Shown one piece after another: positions 54,194 through 64,000 of a stretch of DNA of 64,000 nucleotides; positions within the stretch are counted from its first letter, which is position 1, and the number at the start of each line of letters is the position of its first letter. The DNA is from Rebecca billardiae RCC1528. Lineage: Eukaryota > Protista > Haptophyta. The stretch spans positions 1,736,001-1,800,000 of the forward strand of contig OZ251231.1 in assembly GCA_965240325.2 (NCBI GenBank). The letters run 5' to 3'. Below the pieces are notes generated by a model. The model ran no database searches and was not told where the DNA came from. It was given only the letters and a program-made list of their open reading frames with translations. The position numbers were made by a program, and so were the translations under genes.

Positions 54194-57032
54194 AGCTCGG
54201 CGGTGGCGGCGACGGCGGCGGCGATGGTGGTGGTGGCGGTGGCGGGCTCGGCGGTGGCGGGCTCGGTGGCGGGCTCGGTGGCGGCGACGGCGGCGGCGGA
54301 GGCGGCGAGCTGGGCGGTGGCGGCGACGGCGGCGGCGATGGTGGTGGTGGCGGTGGCGGGCTCGGCGGTGGCGGGCTCGGTGGCGGGCTCGGTGGCGGCG
54401 ACGGCGGTGGCGGTGGTGGCGGGCTCGGCGGCGGTGACGGTGGCGACGGCGGATCGTGCGGCGGTGGCGAAGGTGGCGGCAGCGGCGAGCACACCCACTC
54501 CGACGCCCACAGCGATGCAAACGGGCGCGGGTAGAGTGTGAACGGGTCCGGGCAGCAGTAGCACTCGCCCGTGTCCGCCCAGAAGCTGAACACCGAGCAC
54601 GCGCTGTACAGCGCGGCAGCGCACTCGTCCTCGTCACGCGCGCCCACCACGTCAGGCACACTCGACAGGCGGCGCGGCCGGGGAGGCCCGCCCTTGTCGT
54701 CGAAGACGCACGAGTAGCCCGTCGGAGGACCGCCCGAGTACGCAGTCGCCTGAACTGCGCCATTGCCGTTGCAAGGCGGAGGTGGCGCGGGTGGCAACGA
54801 CGGCGGTGGCGGGCTCGGTGGCGGGGATGGCGGTGGTGGCGATGGCGGCGGCAATGGCGGCGGCGGTGGCGGCGGACCTGGCGGCGGTGGCGGGCTTGGC
54901 GGCGGGCTCGGTGGCGGCGACGGTGGCGGAGGGGGCGGCAAGCTGGGTGGTGGCGGTGAGGGCGGTGGCGATGGCGGCGGTGGCGGAGGCGGAGACGGCG
55001 GCGGTGGGCTTGGTGGCGGGCTCGGTGGCGGTGATGGCGGCGGCGGTGGCGGCGAGCTCGGCGGCGGCGGAGATGGAGGCGGTGATGGCGGTGGGGGCGG
55101 CGGCGGAGACGGCGGCGGAGGGCTCGGCGGCGGGCTTGGCGGAGGCGATGGTGGTGGTGGCGGCGGCGAGCTCGGCGGTGGCGGGCTTGGCGGCGGGCTC
55201 GGTGGCGGCGACGGTGGCGGAGGGGGCGGCAAGCTGGGTGGTGGCGGTGAGGGCGGTGGCGAAGGCGGCGGTGGCGGAGGCGGAGACGGCGGCGGTGGGC
55301 TTGGTGGCGGGCTCGGTGGCGGTGATGGCGGTGGCGGTGGCGGCGAGCTCGGCGGCGGCGGAGATGGAGGCGGTAATGGCGGTGGGGGCGGCGGCGGAGA
55401 CGGCGGCGGAGGGCTAGGCGGAGGGCTTGGCGGAGGCGATGGTGGTGGCGGCGGCGGCGAGCTCGGCGGCGGCGGTGATGGTGGCGGTGATGGCGGTGGC
55501 GGTGGCGGCGGAGACGGTGGCGGTGGGCTCGGCGGCGGGCTCGGTGGCGGCGACGGCGGTGGCGGCGGCGGCGAGCTCGGCGGTGGTGGCGAGGGCGGTG
55601 GGCTTGGTGGCGGCGGCGGTGGCGGAGACGGCGGCGGTGGGCTCGGTGGCGGGCTCGGCGGTGGCGACGGCGGCGGCGGAGGCGGCGAGCTGGGCGGTGG
55701 CGGCGACGGCGGCGGCGATGGTGGTGGTGGCGGTGGCGGGCTCGGCGGTGGCGGGCTCGGTGGCGGGCTCGGTGGCGGCGACGGCGGTGGCGGTGGTGGC
55801 GGGCTCGGCGGCGGTGACGGTGGCGACGGCGGATCGTGCGGCGGTGGCGAAGGTGGCGGCAGCGGCGAGCACACCCACTCCGACGCCCACAGCGATGCAA
55901 ACGGGCGCGGGTAGAGCGTGAACGGGTCCAGGCAGCAGTAGCACTCACCCGTGTCCGCCCAGAAGCTGAACACCGAGCACGCGCTGTACAGCGCGGCAGC
56001 GCACTCGTCCTCGTCACGCGCGCCCACCACGTCAGGCACACTCGACAGGCGGCGCGGCCGGGGAGGCCCGCCCTTGTCGTCGAAGACGCACGAGTAGCCC
56101 GTCGGAGGGCCGCCCGAGTACGCAGTCGCCTGAACCGCGCCGTTGCCGTTGCAAGGCGGAGGTGGCGCAGGTGGCAACGACGGCGGTGGCGGGCTCGGTG
56201 GCGGGGATGGCGGTGGTGGCGACGGCGGCGGCAATGGTGGTGGCGGTGGCGGCGGACTTGGCGGTGGCGGGCTTGGCGGCGGGCTCGGTGGCGGCGACGG
56301 TGGCGGAGGGGGCGGCATGCTGGGTGGTGGCGGTGAGGGCGGTGGCGATGGCGGCGGTGGCGGAGGCGGAGACGGCGGCGGTGGGCTTGGTGGCGGGCTC
56401 GGTGGCGGTGATGGCGGTGGCGGTGGCGGTGAGCTCGGCGGCGGCGGAGATGGAGGCGGTGATGGCGGTGGAGGCGGCGGCAGAGATGGCGGCGGAGGGC
56501 TCGGCGGCGGGCTTGGCGGAGGCGATGGTGGTGGTGGCGGCGGCGAGCTCGGCGGTGGCGGGCTTGGCGGCGGGCTCGGTGGCGGCGACGGTGGCGGACG
56601 GGGCGGCAAGCTGGGTGGTGGCGGTGAGGGCGGTGGCGAAGGCGGCGGTGGCGGAGGCGGAGACGGCGGCGGTGGGCTTGGTGGCGGGCTCGGTGGCGTT
56701 GATGGCGGTGGCGGCGGCGGCGAGCTCGGCGGCGGCGGAGATGGAGGCGGTGATGGCGGTGGGGGCGGCGGCGGAGACGGCGGCGGAGGGCTAGGCGGAG
56801 GGCTTGGCGGAGGCGATGGTGGTGGTGGCGGCGGCGAGCTCGGCGGCGGCGGCGATGGTGGCGGTGATGGCGGTGGCGGTGGCGGCGGAGACGGTGGCGG
56901 TGGGCTCGGCGGCGGGCTCGGTGGCGGCGACGGCGGTGGCGGCGGCGGCGAGCTCGGCGGTGGTGGCGAGGGCGGTGGGCTTGGTGGCGGTGGCGGTGGC
57001 GGAGACGGCGGTGGTGGGCTCGGTGGCGGGCT

Positions 57033-57064
<32 letters not shown>

Positions 57065-60000
57065 AGCTGGGCGGCGGTGGTGACGGCGGCGGCGATGGTG
57101 GTGGTGGCGGTGGCGGGCTCGGCGGTGGCAGGCTCGGTGGCGGGCTCGGTGGCGGCGACGGCGGTGGCGGTGGTGGCGGGCTCGGCGGCGGTGACGGTGG
57201 CGACGGCGGATCGTGCGGCGGTGGCGAAGGTGGCGGCAGCGGCGAGCACACCCACTCCGACTCCCACAGCGATGCAAACGGGCGCGGGTAGAGCGTGAAA
57301 GGGTCCGGGCAGCAGTAGCACTCGCCCGTGTCCGCCCAGAAGCTGAACACCGAGCACGCGCTGTACAGCGCGGCAGCGCACTCGTCCTCGTCACGCGCAC
57401 CCACCACATCAGGCACACTCGACAGGCGGCGCGGCCGGGGAGGCCCGCCCTTGTCGTCGAAGACGCACGAGTAGCCCGTCGGAGGGCCGCCCGAGTACGC
57501 AGTCGCCTGAACTGCGCCATTGCCGTTGCAAGGCGGAGGTGGCGCGGGTGGCAAGGACGGCGGTGGCGGGCTCGGTGGCGGGAATGGCGGTGGTGGCGAC
57601 GGCGGCGGCGATGGCGGCGGCGGTGGCGGTGGCGGCGACGGCGGTGGCGGGCTTGGCGGCGGCGATGGTGGCGGGCTCGGCGGTGGTGGCGGTGGCGGCG
57701 ATGGCGGTGGCGGGCTTGGCGGTGGCGATGGCGGCGGGCTCGGCGGTGGTGGCGGTGGAGGCGATGGTGGCGGGCTGGGTGGCGGAGACGGCGGAGGGCT
57801 CGGCGGCGGTGGCGGCGGTGGCGATGGTGGCGGCGGACTGGATGGTGGGCTTGGAGGCGGCGACGGCGGCGGAGGCGGTGGCGAGCTGGGCGGTGGTGGC
57901 GACGGCGGTGGCGAAGGTGGCGGTGGTGGCGGCGGACTTGGCGGTGGCGGAGACGGCGGAGGGCTCGGTGGTAGGGTTGGCGGCGGCGATGGTGGCGGAT
58001 TCGGCAGTGGCGGCGGTGGCGGTGATGGTGGCGGTGGGCTGGGCGGTGGCGACGGCGGCGGGCTCGGCGGTGGTGGCGGTGGCGGTGATGGTGGTGGCGG
58101 GCTGGGCGGTGGCGACGGCGGCGGGCTCGGCGGTGGTGGCGGTGGCGGTGAAGGTGGCGGTGGGCTCGGCGGTGGCGGCGGTGGCGGCGACGGCGGTGGC
58201 CGGCTCGGCGGCGGCGATGGCAGTGGACTCGGCGGTGGTGGTGGCGGCGGGCTCGGAGGTGGCGATGGCGGTGGGCTCGGCGGCGGTGGCGGTGGTGGCG
58301 ATGGCGGTGGCGGACTCGGCGGTGGCGATGGCGGTGGGCTCGGCGGCGGTGGCGGTGGCGGAGACGGCGGCGGTGGGCTGGGCGGTGGCGACGGCGGCGG
58401 GCTCGGGGGTGGTGGCGGTGGAGGCGATGGTGGCGGCGGGCTCGGCGGCGGTGGCGGTGGCGGTGATGGTGGTGGCGGGCTCGGCGGAGGTGATGGTGGC
58501 GGGCTTGGCGGTGGCGGCGGTGGCGATGACGGCGGCGGTGGGCTCGGTGGCGGTGGCGGTGGCGGCGATGGCGGTGGCGGCGATGGCGGTGGCGACGGCG
58601 GCGGGCTCGGAGGTGGCGGCGGTGGAGGCGATGGTGGCGGTGGGCTCGGCGGTGGTGGCGGTGGCGGTGACGGCGGCGGTGGGCTTGGCGGCGGCGGCGG
58701 TGGCGGCGACGGCGGTGGCGGGCTGGGCGGTGGCGACGGCGGCGGGCTCGGCGGTGGCGGCGGTGGCGGCGATGGCGGTGGCGGGCTGGGCGGCGGCGAC
58801 GGCGGCGGGCTCGGCGGTGGCGGCGGTGGCGGCGATGGCGGTGGCGGGCTGGGCGGCGGCGACGGCGGTGGGCTGGGCGGCGGTGGCGGTGGCGGCGACG
58901 GCGGTGGCGGGCTAGGAGGTGGCGACGGCGGTGGGCTTGGCGGCGGCGGCGGTGGCGGCGACGGTGGTGGCGGGCTGGGCGGTGGCGACGGCGGCGGGCT
59001 CGGCGGTGGCGGCGATGGCGGCGGCGGGCTCGGCGGCGGCGGCGGTGGAGGCGATGGTGGCGGTGGGCTAGGAGGTGGCGACGGCGGCGGGCTCGGCGGT
59101 GGTGGCGGTGGCGGTGACGGCGGCGGTGGGCTCGGCGGCGGCGGCGGTGGAGGCGATGGTGGCGGTGGGCTTGGAGGTGGCGACGGCGGCGGGCTCGGCG
59201 GTGGTGGCGGTGGCGGTGACGGCGGCGGTGGGCTTGGCGGCGGCGGCGGTGGCGGCGACGGCGGTGGCGGGCTGGGCGGTGGCGACGGCGGCGGGCTCGG
59301 CGGTGGCGGCGGTGGCGGCGATGGCGGTGGCGGGCTGGGCGGCGGCGACGGCGGCGGGCTTGGCGGTGGCGGCGGTGGCGATGACGGCGGCGGTGGGCTC
59401 GGTGGCGGTGGCGGTGGCGGCGATGGCGGTGGCGGCGATGGCGGTGGCGACGGCGGCGGGCTCGGAGGTGGCGGCGGTGGAGGCGATGGTGGCGGTGGGC
59501 TCGGCGGTGGTGGCGGTGGCGGTGACGGCGGCGGTGGGCTTGGCGGCGGCGGCGGTGGCGGCGAGGGCGGTGGCGGGCTGGGCGGTGGCGACGGCGGCGG
59601 GCTCGACGGTGGCGGCGGTGGCGGCGATGGCGGTGGCGGGCTGGGCGGCGGCGACGGCGGCGGGCTCGGCGGTGGCGGCGGTGGCGGCGATGGCGGTGGC
59701 GGGCTGGGCGGCGGCGACGGCGGTGGGCTGGGCGGCGGTGGCGGTGGCGGCGACGGCGGTGGCGGGCTAGGAGGTGGCGACGGCGGTGGGCTTGGCGGCG
59801 GCGGCGGTGGCGGCGACGGTGGTGGCGGGCTGGGCGGTGGCGACGGCGGCGGGCTCGGCGGTGGCGGCGATGGCGGCGGCGGGCTCGGCGGCGGCGGCGG
59901 TGGAGGCGATGGTGGCGGTGGGCTAGGAGGTGGCGACGGCGGCGGGCTCGGCGGTGGTGGCGGTGGCGGTGACGGCGGCGGTGGGCTCGGCGGCGGCGGC

Positions 60001-62591
60001 GGTGGAGGCGATGGTGGCGGTGGGCTTGGAGGTGGCGACGGCGGCGGGCTCGGCGGTGGTGGCGGTGGCGGTGACGGCGGCGGTGGGCTTGGCGGCGGCG
60101 GCGGTGGCGGCGACGGCGGTGGCGGGCTGGGCGGTGGCGACGGCGGCGGGCTCGGCGGTGGCGGCGGTGGCGGCGATGGCGGTGGCGGGCTGGGCGGCGG
60201 CGACGGCGGCGGGCTCGGCGGTGGCGGCGGTGGCGGCGATGGCGGTGGCGGGCTGGGCGGCGGCGACGGCGGTGGGCTGGGCGGCGGTAGCGGTGGCGGC
60301 GACGGCGGTGGCGGCGGTGGCGGTGACGGCGGCGGTGGGCTTGGCGGCGGCGGCGGTGGCGGCGACGGTGGTGGCGGGCTGGGCGGTGGCGACGGCGGCG
60401 GGCTCGGCGGTGGCGGCGGTGGCGGCGATGGCGGCGGCGGGCTCGGCGGCGGCGGCGGTGGAGGCGATGGTGGCGGTGGGCTAGGAGGTGGCGACGGCGG
60501 CGGGCTCGGCGGTGGTGGCGGTGGCGGTGACGGCGGCGGTGGGCTCGGCGGCGGCGGCGGTGGAGGCGATGGTGGCGGTGGGCTTGGAGGTGGCGACGGC
60601 GGCGGGCTCGGCGGTGGTGGCGGTGGCGGTGACGGCGGCGGTGGGCTTGGCGGCGGCGGCGGTGGCGGCGACGGCGGTGGCGGGCTGGGCGGTGGCGACG
60701 GCGGCGGGCTCGGCGGTGGCGGCGGTGGCGGCGATGGCGGTGGCGGGCTGGGCGGCGGCGACGGCGGTGGGCTGGGCGGCGGCGGCGGTGGCGGCGACGG
60801 CGGTGGCGGGCTAGGAGGTGGCGACGGCGGCGGGCTCGGCGGTGGTGGCGGTGGCGGTGACGGCGGCGGTGGGCTTGGCGGCGGCGGCGGTGGCGGCGAC
60901 GGTGGTGGCGGGCTGGGCGGCGGCGACGGCGGCGGGCTTGGCGGTGGCGGCGGTGGCGGCGATGGCGGCGGCGGGCTCGGCGGCGGCGGAGGTGGAGGCG
61001 ATGGTGGCGGTGGGCTTGGAGGTGGCGACGGTGGCGGGCTCGGCGGTGGTGGCGGTGGCGGTGACGGCGGCGGTGGGCTTGGCGGCGGCGGCGGTGGCGG
61101 CGACGGTGGTGGCGGGCTGGGCGGTGGCGACGGCGGCGGGCTCGGCGGTGGCGGCGGTGGCGGAGATGGCGGTGGCGGGCTGGGCGGCGGCGACGGCGGT
61201 GGGCTGGGCGGCGGTGGCGGTGGCGGCGACGGCGGTGGCGGGCTAGGAGGTGGCGACGGCGGCGGGCTCGGCGGTAGTGGCGGTGGCGGTGACGGCGGCG
61301 GTGGGCTCGGCGGTGGCGGCGGTGGCGGCGATGGCGGCGGCGGGCTCGGCGGCGGCGGCGGTGGAGGCGATGGTGGCGGAGGGCTTGGAGGTGGCGACGG
61401 CGGCGGGCTCGGCGGTGGTGGCGGTGGCGGTGACGGCGGCGGTGGGCTTGGCGGCGGCGGCGGTGGAGGCGATGGTGGCGGTGGGCTGGGCGGTGGCGAC
61501 GGCGGCGGGCTTGGCGGTGGTGGCGGTGGCGGTGACGGCGGCGGTGGGCTTGGCGGCGGAGGCGGTGGCGGGCTGGGCGGTGGCGGGCTGGGCGGTGGCG
61601 ACGGCGGCGGGCTCGGCGGTGGCGGCGGTGGCGGCGATGGCGGTGGCGGGCTGGGCGGCGGCGATGGCGGTGGGCTCGGCGGCGGTGGCGGTGGCGGCGA
61701 TGGCGGTGGCGGCGATGGCGGTGGCGAAGGCGGCTGGCTCGGCGGTGGCGGCGGTGGCGGCAACGGCGGCGGCGGGCTCGGCGGCGGCGGCGGTGGAGGC
61801 GATGGTGGCGGTGGGCTGGGCGGTGGCGACGGCGGCGGGCTCGGCGGTGGTGGCGGTGGCGGTGATGGTGGCGGTGGGCTTGGCGGCGGCGGCGGTGCTG
61901 GCGACGGCGGTGGGGGGTTCGGCGGCGGCGAAGGCGGCGGGCCTGGCGGTGGCGGTGGTGGTGGCGACGGCGGCGGTGGGGTGGGCGGCGTTGACGGCGG
62001 TGGGCTCGGCGGCGGTGGCGGTGGCAGCGACGGCGGTGGCGGGCTCGGAGGTGGCGACGGTGGCGGGCTCGGCGGTGGTGGCGGTAGCGGTGACGGCGGC
62101 GGTGGGCTCGGCGGCGGTGGCGGTGGAGGCGACGGTGGCGGTGGGCTGGGCGGCGGCGCCGGCGGCGGGCTCGGCGGTGGTGGCGATGGCGGCGATGGCA
62201 GTGTTGGGCTGGGCGGCGGCGCGGCCGGCGGGTCCGGCGGCGGTGGGCTCGGTGGCGGCGGCGGCAGCGGTGGAGGCAGGAACGGCGGCGGCGGCGGTGA
62301 GATCGGTGGCTCTGGCGGTGGCGGGCTCGGCGGCGGCGGCGGTGGCGAGGGCCGATCGCACTCGCTGCACGCGGCCGTGGCCGCCCCGTTCGAGCACACG
62401 CCCACGCCGCCTCCGCCGCCGTCATCGTCGTCCCCACTCAGCCGACGCAGCCCCGCGGCAGCCTGCTCGGCTGCGCCGATCTCGTCACCCCGAGTGTGAG
62501 CAGCCGAGTGCTGCGCGCGTGCTGAGGGGCGCAGGCGGCGCCGTGTCCTCCGATCTTCTTCTCCTCCAGGCTCGTACTCGGATGGGCACCA

Positions 62592-62664
<73 letters not shown>

Positions 62665-63896
62665 TCGTCGTCGTCGTCGTCGTCGTCATCCCCAGTCAGC
62701 CGCCGCGCGCGCTCGCGCCCGCGCGCGCGGCCGCGGTCGCTCGGCCGCTGTCTTTCCAGCAGCCGGCGCCGCCGGTCCTCCTCGTCGCCCTCCTCGCCGA
62801 GGCAGCTGGCCTCGGCGCCGGAGAGGAGCTCGATCGCGTCGCAGGTGTACGGCTGCGACGCGTCGTTCCCGACGAACACGTTGCACCGCAGCCGCGCCAG
62901 CCCGTCCGACACCACCACCGCGCCGCCCCCGTGCACGGCGGAGTTCTCGCGGAAGGTTGAGCCATAGACGGTCAGAACCGAGGCGACCGATGCGACGGCG
63001 CCGCCGTACGTGTGCGCGGCGTTGTGCTCGAAGGCGCAGCGCGCGAGCACGACGGGGCAGCTACTGGTCACGTACAGCGCCGCGCCCGAGTACTCCACGT
63101 CGTGCTGCGCGAACGTCGAGTCGGAGAGCATCACAGCAGACTGGCAGGCGTACGCGCCGGCGCCACGCTCGCTGTCCCAGACCGCGCTCGGCAGGCCGGC
63201 GAACGCGCAGTGCGAGCACGTCCACGTGGACTGGAAGAGGTACCACGCGCCGCCCTTCTGGCCGGCGCCCGACGCGCTGAAGCTCGCCGCGTGCACCTCG
63301 ACCGTCGAGTACACGGCGTACACCGCGCCGCCCGACCAGGCGGCCACGTTGTCGTCGAACCGAGTGTTTCGCACGGTCACTGACGACGCGTACACGCACG
63401 CGGCGGCGCCCTGCGTGGCGCTGTTCCCGCGGAACTCGGAATCGACGAGGCTCGCCGTTGACTCGTACAAGAAGACACCGCCGCCGTCGGACACGCCGCC
63501 GTTGTCGTAGAAGGTGCAGTTGTGCACGCTGACACTCGAGAGCCACGATTTGAACGCGCCGTGCGAGGTCGCGTCGCGCAGGCTGAGGCTGCGCAGCGAG
63601 AGGCCCGCGACCTGATTGGCTTTGAGCAGGCGAGACGAGAGCCCCGGGCCAGGCGTGAGCACCGCCGGCGCGCTCGAGCTCGCGCTCGCGATCGTCACGT
63701 CGTCCACGTGCACCCACAGCGTCGCGCTCACGCTGAACGTGGCCGGCGCGAGGAGCAGCGTGTCGCAGGCCTGCAGGTCGGAGAAGGCGGCGGTGAGCTC
63801 GGCATCGGTGGTGACGTTCACTGTGCGGCAGGCCATCGCGGCCCCGCTCCCGACCAGCGGGAGGAGAGCCGCGACGAGTGCTGTGCGCGCGCCCAT
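46461..63896 (-). CDS. Giant polycystin-1/adhesion-receptor-like protein (~5811 aa): signal peptide, pectin-lyase-like beta-helix, poly-Asp, SPPP stalk with Cys-rich modules, SEA-like domain, GAIN/GPS, multiple TMs
   Basis: Signal MGARTALVAALLPLVGSGAAMA; FxxN..GGA repeats; GPS CAFWNESAARWSGDGC...CACDHLTDF; TM segments with PRTAKQRAAALL and C-terminal ..KLLAAEPALAL resembling PKD1-family TM regions. One uninterrupted ORF, though in-frame introns are possible. Confidence 0.82.
51575..62350 (-). repeat. Coding Ser/Pro tandem repeat stalk with three near-identical embedded Cys-rich modules (~1.38 kb period)
   Basis: (SPPP/SPPPP/SPPPPPP)n; modules at about 57241-57530, 55864-56153 and 54484-54773. 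Confidence 0.93.
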
Positions 63897-64000
63897 GGTC
63901 AATGCGACGGGCCACTTGGCCCAGCACGACCACTCAGCTTGAAGCACACGCACGAGCTGCTGTTTGGCGCGGCTGCTGGGCGGAAGCCCGCGTTTATTTT

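Overview
Very GC-rich, gene-dense eukaryotic DNA with short GT-AG introns (donors mostly GTGCG/GTGAG, acceptors mostly CGCAG). Composition, bipartite plastid targeting and SPPP-rich surface proteins fit a haptophyte-like alga (inference only). About 15 protein genes: BET3/TRAPPC3, a sterol-desaturase/FA-hydroxylase with C-terminal cytochrome b5, a GH3 beta-xylosidase, TMEM65 with an EF-hand, a head-to-head NF-YB/NF-YC pair, TOM5, a ~3365-aa LamG/SPPP/GCTD-repeat membrane protein, a V-ATPase c subunit with an unusual secretory N-terminal Cys-rich domain, a FAM166-like ciliary protein, a repeat-containing plastid protein, DZIP1-like, an unknown multi-pass membrane protein, an EsV-1-7 repeat protein, and a ~5811-aa beta-helix/SPPP/GPS polycystin-1-like protein. 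A 4-copy head-to-tail array of a ~1.45-1.5 kb Helitron2-like non-autonomous element sits between TA tracts at 40051-46074; two of its three junctions hold unrelated spacers of exactly 61 bp. Tail-to-tail intergenic intervals share a signature of (TA)n, TCA/TGA/CAG/CTG-rich arms and sometimes a GGCC/CCGG core. No rRNA, tRNA or CRISPR was recognised. Gene models and splice sites were built by eye; most entries in the ORF track are GC-driven shadow ORFs.
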